From the human T2T-CHM13v2.0 reference genome, Homo sapiens: a DNA stretch of 64,000 nucleotides. Position 1 is the stretch's first letter, and each line of letters starts with the position of its first letter. The stretch is from assembly GCF_009914755.1 (NCBI RefSeq), contig NC_060939.1; one strand, written 5' to 3'. The position numbers and the translations under genes are program-made. Shown in pieces: positions 57,074 to 64,000 of the stretch. A model generated the notes under the pieces. That model saw only the letters and a list, made by a program, of their open reading frames with translations, searched no databases and was not told the DNA's origin.

Positions 57074-58252
57074 TAGCAGCTTCTGGAAAGGGACAATGGG
57101 TGATGGGGCCAGGGGATGGAGAGAGCCTTTTATCTCACTATGAAGCCTTTTGAATATTTTGCATTTTGTACATGTTTGTATTGCCCATTTAAAAGCAAAC
57201 AGGGACAAGTTTTGAAAAACATGCCAGAAAATATTCTTACTAAAACAACTACAAAATGATTACCAAGAAAAAACTAACATCCTAAATAGCAAGTCAATTG
57301 GGCAAAAGACAAGACCAAAGAATTCACCAAAGAAGCATGGTCAGTCAATCATCAATTGTTCAGTCTCAAAAAGAAACAGTAAAAAAAAAAAAAAAGCAAT
57401 GTTTCTCAACTGAACATGCACAATGGGTCAGTGATTTGCCTACATTCTCTGTAACAGATACCTGAAAGGGAGATGGTGTAGGAGAAAGGGAAAAGAGGAA
57501 GGAGGGAGAGGGAGAAGTGGGGAGGAAGGGAGGATGCCTAATCTCTAGGTCCCTGGGTGGGGCAGAGGGGAAGGTGCAGCCAACAGGAAACTGTGACACT
57601 TCTCCTTCCTGAGCAGGAAACAGGAGCCCAGGCTACATGTTCACTTTAAAAACTTGTCCAAGGCTTATTATCCCTTATAGTATTTATAATCACAGCCCCA
57701 CGCAAATGTATGTGGGTTTCCCTCCCTCCTCCCTGTTGCAAAGTAAAAGCCTAAAGTCACAGAACAGGGCGCCTCAGGAAGATACTGGTAATGAGATCAA
57801 CTGCCTCCTTCAAAAGTTAACTATTCCTAGAACAGTAATAATGACAATACCAGCAATTGCAAGCTACTGTTGCCCTACTTTTAATATCTCACCTCATTTA
57901 ATCCCCCCAATAGTCCTATGAGTTAGGATTTATCTCCGCTTCATAGATGAAGATGTGGTGGTTTGGTAACTTGCCAAACATACCATGTGCCAAAGGTCGG
58001 ATGGCAAGGATTTAAAACCAAACTGCACTGCCCTCTTAGATGATGTCTAGATAGAGACTATTTTCTCTCTACTCTGCAGAACCACACATAGTATAGAAGA
58101 GATGGCTAACTTCACAGTCAGGGATGGCCAGGTTCCCCCAATAGCTGCATCCTAATCCATATGGATCAGGGCTAGAGTGAGGAGACAGGGTGAGAACCGG
58201 TCACTTGCTGACATTAGCACGGAGAGAAATGATTAACAAATCAAAGAGATTA

Positions 58253-58266
58253 GTTTCCATGGAAAC
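58253..58266. promoter_or_regulatory. Perfect palindromic RFX X-box GTTTCCATGGAAAC
   Basis: 14-bp perfect palindrome matching the RFX consensus GTNRCC(N0-3)RGYAAC family, in apparently non-repeat sequence. Function is unproven. Confidence 0.5.
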
Positions 58267-58489
58267 CGTTCACCTAAAGCGATATCAGTGTGTTCCTGGA
58301 TGGATGGAGGAGCTTCTGAAATCTTAATAACGGGCCTGAAGGAAGATAAGCTGTCAGGCTGGAAATGGTAAGATCTCAGTGTTCAATCTTTGTTGAAACA
58401 TCTATCAGGCCAAGCAAAGGAGCTATATTGTAGTCAACAAAACTTGTGTTGACTAATAAGGAATTTTAGAAAAGTAAAGTCGGATGAGT

Positions 58490-59830
58490 CACTAGTACTT
58501 GTTCGTATCTATCCAGGACGCGGGCTTGTCTGAAAGCACCCCAGACACCAAACGTCGCCCCTTTTTAGTCTTCATTCCACTTGCCCTTTTGTGCTCCTGG
58601 GCACAGGTGATCACACCTGTCCTCTTGTCCCCCTTCCCTCCCTCTCTACATCAACCCTTCCTTAGACTCCTAGCCGGGATTCTCTTCTTTTTGAACAACC
58701 CACTTGTTTGTCTGCCATCTACCTTCTCTGTACATTTCCTCAAGTGACCAGGACTTCCAGTAGCCCCTACTGACAAGCCCCCAGGCAGTGTCTCCAATCC
58801 TCACCCCATCTCCACCTGGATGTCCCACAAGCACCGGCACCCTTGTCCAAACTGAAACCATCCCCTCCTCCTATGCTTCTTCCTCCTCTCTCACTGCCTA
58901 GCTTGGGCTAGTGAGACCATCATGCATCCAAATACCCTAAGAATATACTCAACCATTCCTTTTTCCTTCCCCTCCAGAATTCAATCAGTAATCACTTTCC
59001 TACAATTCTACTCTTCAGTATCTCACCAATCTAGTCTGTTTTCCATCTTCTTAATGCAACCTTGGAGAAGGTCCTCCTCTTCTCACACCTTGCCCTATCA
59101 AAAGGGCCCCAAATGAGACTTTTTACAATTTATCTAATCCATGCTCTGTACTATCATCACTGCTAACTTTCCAAAAATCCAGTCATGCTTTCCCGGTTTA
59201 AAAACCTCCATTGTTCCTTCAGCATCCAGGCTATCACTTTACAATTTGACCCTGTATTATCTTATTCCTGTCCTGTACCCCTTTCCCTCCTCTACCTCGA
59301 TGTCCCTTGTCATTCACTGAACACGGTATCAAGCATCTGGCCTCCTGGCTGGGACCCTCGTGTCCCTTCTCCACCCAGGGAAGGCCCACTCATCCTCCCA
59401 TGCTCCTGGATGGGAAGCCTTCACTGATTTCCTGGAGCATTCACCTCTCCTCTGCTGTGTGTTCACCAGCACTAAGGAGATGAGGAATAAACATAACAGT
59501 ATTATTTATTTATTGAGTGCTATGAGCCATGCACCATGCTATCACTAACCTGATGGATGTTGTCTCAGTGAGCCCTCATTGTAGCCCTCTGAGCCCACCT
59601 GCTTTACAAGTGAAGACACAACTGCTAACAGCTATGCTCTGTATTCTCTGTTGACTTTCTGGCTCCCTATTAGATTGTACATAAGCTTCCGGGGATAGAA
59701 ATGGTTATCTGTATATTCCCAGAGCCCGGCAAGGACCAGGCACATGATAAAAAGGCTCACTAATTTCTGAACGGAGAGAGGAGGGAAGGAAGAAAGAAAG
59801 GAAGAAGGGATGGAGGGATGGAAGAAGGAA
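58490..59830 (+). mobile_element. L2 remnant with nested MIR, ending in a purine-rich tail
   Basis: catctccacctggatgtcccacaagcac..tgtccaaactgaa; 3' end ctattagattgtacataagcttc..ggcacatgataaaaaggctcactaat. Confidence 0.7.
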
Positions 59831-62271
59831 GGACAAACAATTTCACAAGAAGATCCTGCTTTCTTTGCTCTTTGCTCTAACTTTGCACTCACTAAGCATC
59901 CTTCTGATTTGTAATTTACCTTCTGAACACACCTACCCCCATCACTGGCCCTGGACCTCCAATAACAAATTAATAAGCATAGTTGACCTATACTTGGCCT
60001 CCCATGGGTTAACATGACTTGTTTCCTCAGGATCTGACTCCTCTGGGTGACCAAAGGCAAAGTTAAGAGAATCCAAGCTGGCTTCAGATCCATACCTGTG
60101 CAGCCTCCAGGAAGGTGTAAAATTACCTTGCCCCACTCGAGCATCCCCCAAGCTACACCTAAACACTTTCTCTGCCTCTCAAGCTACCTTAAGTACTATA
60201 GGAGAGTAATGCACGATGATTTGACTTCCCCATTGTTTCTGCCAACAGGCAGCTCTTGGGGCCCAAAATTGATCTCCTGCTGGGATCTGTATATGTCTTG
60301 TTGCCAGCTGCATGCAAGGCTGGCTGGCTCACCAAGTTTAGTCTTCCTTGCATCAAAGCAACAAAGAAGCTGGCTTCTGATGAACAAATAAATGACTGGT
60401 TGGGAGAAATTTTCCAGACTCCCATCCAACAATATGTGGACAGGAGAGAGTCCTGTTTAGATGGCAATATCCACAGTATTGACTTTCTGAGATAAAATAT
60501 CAGAGTGAGATAAAGGGCTCAAGGAAATCAATCTCAGCGAGCTTGGCTGCACAGAACTGGTTTTTGTAGTGTGATGTGGCCGAGAAAGCTCAGTTACTTC
60601 CTAATGCGTGTGAGTTTGCATCTCGCTTTCATTAAAGCTGCTACTTGACAAATGCAGGCTTCACCACAGCCAGCCCTGGGGGCAGCTGGCTGGGAGGAGG
60701 CCTATCTGAAAACAGCCATTTGGGAATCCAAGGAAAATCAAAGGGCTCCAAGGCTCCAGAAGATGCCTGGGCATTGTGCAGCTGTGGGTAGGTGTATGGG
60801 GTCAGGCCTAGCTGCTGACCTACATCAGGGAAGCCTGAAATCTGGGGCCCATGCCTGACCAAGAACATAGGGTGTAAGTTCTATTGCAGTCCTGCCTTTA
60901 GCTGATATGGTTGTTTTTCTCCAACTAAGTGAAAGGAACAGAAAGGGAATCAGCATTTATTAAGCACTTACTGTGTGCCAGCCCCTGGACTACATATTCT
61001 ACATACATCATCTCATTTGGTCCTTACCTCAGCACTGTGATCAGGACATCCCCACTTTTTAGATGATGAAACTGAGGCTCAGAGAAGGTAAAAGCTTGCC
61101 CAAAACCACATAGCTAGGAAAAGATGTTGCTGGGATTTGAAGTCAGGTTCCTTTGGCTCCAAAGCCTGTTTGCTGTGCTCCTGGATAACTTTGGACAAAG
61201 AATGGCAAACGGTCTTAGAGGAAGGTCTCTCAGATCTCTAGATTCTTCAATCTCAGAGTAGACCCTGTCATAGAATGAAACTCTTCAGTGGAAGGTGATT
61301 CTGGAGATGCCCTTTATTCCAGTTTGACAAAGAGGAAAAACCTAGATTCTCTCTAGACACCTGTTATTCTTTATGCCACAGAATTGTCCTTCATGCAGAC
61401 CTGGGCCATCCAGCCAGTGGAGACACATGGGGAAATGGTAGAAGCGTGCACACTCCATGGCAGCCTTCAGCTTAACCCCAGGACCGCAGCCCCCTCTGAA
61501 GACCTCCTGCCACATACAGTGTGTTTGTGGGTCCCTGGCGGGGTAGATGGAGGGGCCTCCTTGTGTTCAAGATCAGCCTCTTCCTGCTCAGTGCTCCGAC
61601 ATTCTCCCACCAGTTTTCTGCCCTAGCTACCATCTTTACTCTTTCAGAAAAATGCTGGGCCACCTGGAACACAAAACCTCCACGATGCCAAAGTGGCACA
61701 CCCTGTACCTCAACTTCCAGAACATTTCTGAGGAGAATGCTTTCCATACTCACCACTAGGAGCCCCCATCCCAAAGTGGCCAGATGGGAAGCCAAGCATT
61801 ATCCTTCTTCTCCCATGTCTTTATCTGTTGAAACCCCAGGCTTTACTTATGGCCTGCTGCCCTTCTTCAGCCAAAGAAAAATGTCTTATAAAGAAATTCA
61901 CATAGGTAAACCACTTTTAGGCTCCAAACCTTGGCAGACACAGGCAGGAATCCCAAGGAACAAACTCCTGCAAGACTGCCTTAACACCGTCTTCCCCACC
62001 TTGAGTCAATATTTATAGTCTGTACATAGGTTTCCACACTCATCCAAGAGTGCTTTCTTGCAGGATAGACAAATCAGAGAATTATTTTCCTGCTTTCTCT
62101 CTCTCAACGGGTAATAGTTTGTAACTTCTTGAGACTCAGCTAGAGCCACCCCTATCATAGAATCTTAGAACTAGAAGGGGCTGAGCTGGCTAGCTGGATT
62201 GTGGCAGCTCCACTAGATAGTGAGATTTTTGCCTCAAAGGATCCAAGTGTTGCTCACATATGAGCATGGGG

Positions 62272-62607
62272 CCTGCAGTTGGTAGGTGCTGTATAATGTT
62301 GACTGCCACCTGCAGTTGGTAGGTGCTGTATAATGTTGACTGCCACCTGCAGTTGGTAGGTGCTGTATAATGTTGACTGCCACCTGCAGTTGGTAGGTGC
62401 TGTATAATGTTGACTGCCACCTGCAGTTGGTAGGTGCTGTATAATGTTGACTGCCACCTGCAGTTGGTAGGTGCTGTATAATGTTGACTGCCACCTGCAG
62501 TTGGTAGGTGCTGTATAATGTTGACTGCCACCTGCAGTTGGTAGGTGCTGTATAATGTTGACTGCCACCTGCAGTTGGTAGGTGCTGTATAATGTTGACT
62601 GCCACCT
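62272..62607. repeat. Minisatellite: 9 identical copies of 37-bp cctgcagttggtaggtgctgtataatgttgactgcca plus cct
   Basis: Read directly: the unit repeats with period 37 and no mismatch from 62272 to 62604. Confidence 0.99.
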
Positions 62608-63849
62608 TGAAAGTCATCTGTCCAACACCCTCCCCACTGTGGGAGATTTCTCCGTGGACATTTCCTGACTAAATGCCACAAAATGGCAGCCAACTCTGTG
62701 GCCGCCAATCTGGCATGGTCTAAAAAGTGGCAAAGAGGCTGCTGCTCCCAGTTCTCTTCCCCTTCATCTGTTAGAGCTTTGCCTCCACCTATGACCTCTC
62801 CAGCATCAGTCAACATATATTAGGTGAAAATAGTGAGGCCAATTCTCCATAACCACCAGGCTTAAGCCCCTTAGCCTATCAAGCATAGCTGTTTGTAAGG
62901 TATCACCTGCTTCCCTCTTCAGGCTTTCATCCTTCCCCAACCATTCTTGCCCCCTAGGAACTGAGAAATTTAGAGAAGCAATACAAAAGTACACATAGTA
63001 AAGGCTCAATAAATAGTTATCAAGTGAACTCTCAGACAGGTCTTCATCCACAGACCTTGTCTGGGGCAGAACAACTCTGTTCAGATCTCAGTCTAACTTC
63101 CAGGGGAAATCTTTGACCCTTAGCGTGCATCGCTACCTCACAGATCCCCCTGACCATACATAGAAGCAAGACATCCCACTTCATCAGCTGGAGCTGCAAA
63201 ATCAGGTCACTTAAAAAAAAAAGATTTAAAGAGCTCAGCTTAGCTAATGTGAAAATGTCCTTCTCGCTTCACTGGGGTCCCTTCCTCCTGTAATAAGCCT
63301 TAAACCCTATGGACTTAGCCTAAAGGCCATCCATACAGAGAGAGAGACACAGAGAATGCAGCCTGGTCACCAGCAAGCCTTCCCAGCTGCTGGCCTGGCC
63401 TCACAGTGCCCCTCTAGAAAATGGCAGTGTCCATGGGTGCGAGGTGTGGTGGGGAACTACCATGGCTGGTCCGGAAGCAGTTCCTCCAGGGGTATTGGGA
63501 GAAGGAAGAAAGGACCTCTCTCTCCAGTGTGATGGCCACAGCTGTGGCCACGAAAATGGTCCTCTTGCATCTCTCTTGATATGTACACTGAGTTTGGGGC
63601 ATTGGTTCTGACTCTTCCACCCCATTCTTCTCGCATTTCTGACATGTTCTCCAGGAATGAGGTTGGAGACATAAAGAGAAGGGTCTTACTAGTGTCCTTC
63701 AAGTTGCCCTTAATACAAACAACCACAATCCACCAGAGAAATCTTGAATTTATAAGGAGAAAGGAGTCAGGTCTGCTGTTCTTTGTTTCCCCCCAGGAGG
63801 CTTCTGTGGCCAAGATCCACAATTTCACACCTCCTCCGTAAAGATTTTT

Positions 63850-64000
63850 TAAATTAAGAAATTTCAATGTAAAATAATTTAAACATAAGAAAAAGAATAG
63901 AAAATCAAGTTATATTTAAGAATTCACCACCCAGATTTAACCAATATTAATCCATTGGCAGATTTGCTCTGATTTTGTTTCTGAAAGGAATAAAAATTAC
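63850..64000 (-). mobile_element. Old L1M 3' end fragment
   Basis: aaataatttaaacata..gaaaa..caccacccagatttaaccaatattaa pattern. Confidence 0.5.

Larger units (their letters stand above)
52130..57200 (+). mobile_element. Ancient L1ME-like tract hosting the U2 fragment and Tigger1
   Basis: Degenerate ORF2/3' UTR sequence at 52130-54436 resumes after Tigger1 at 57076. Confidence 0.65.

Noticed and set aside
62272-62607. CRISPR-like array (37-bp repeat with a small hairpin)
   Set aside because: Units are head-to-tail with no unique spacers, there are no cas genes, and the context is primate DNA.
62272-62607. Bacterial promoter look-alike (TTGACT and TATAAT in each unit)
   Set aside because: The spacing is 24 nt rather than ~17, and the motif is irrelevant in a primate genome; treated as coincidence.

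Overview
Primate (almost certainly human) intergenic DNA with no intact protein-coding gene that I can support. About half of it is recognisable transposon debris: 9 Alus, young and old L1, L2, MIR, MaLR/ERVL/ERV1 LTRs, a deleted ERVL provirus, hAT MITEs and a full-length Tigger1. The main feature is a full-length, disabled processed pseudogene of TFDP1 (DP-1) on the minus strand (43916-48048). It has a poly(A) tail and TSD, sits inside an old L1, and is interrupted in its 3' UTR by a 5'-inverted (twin-primed) L1PA that landed in a local 36-bp tandem repeat. Other notable structures are a tailless U2 snRNA 5' fragment with a perfect 20-bp direct repeat (53932-53983), a perfect 9 x 37-bp minisatellite that is stop-free in all three minus-strand frames (62272-62607), an ungapped 167-bp direct repeat pair 660 bp apart (11029/11689), and several non-repeat stretches that look like enhancers or promoters. 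I found no convincing new biological system; the findings are ranked leads. Repeat subfamily names come from my recollection of consensus sequences, and boundaries of old repeats are approximate.
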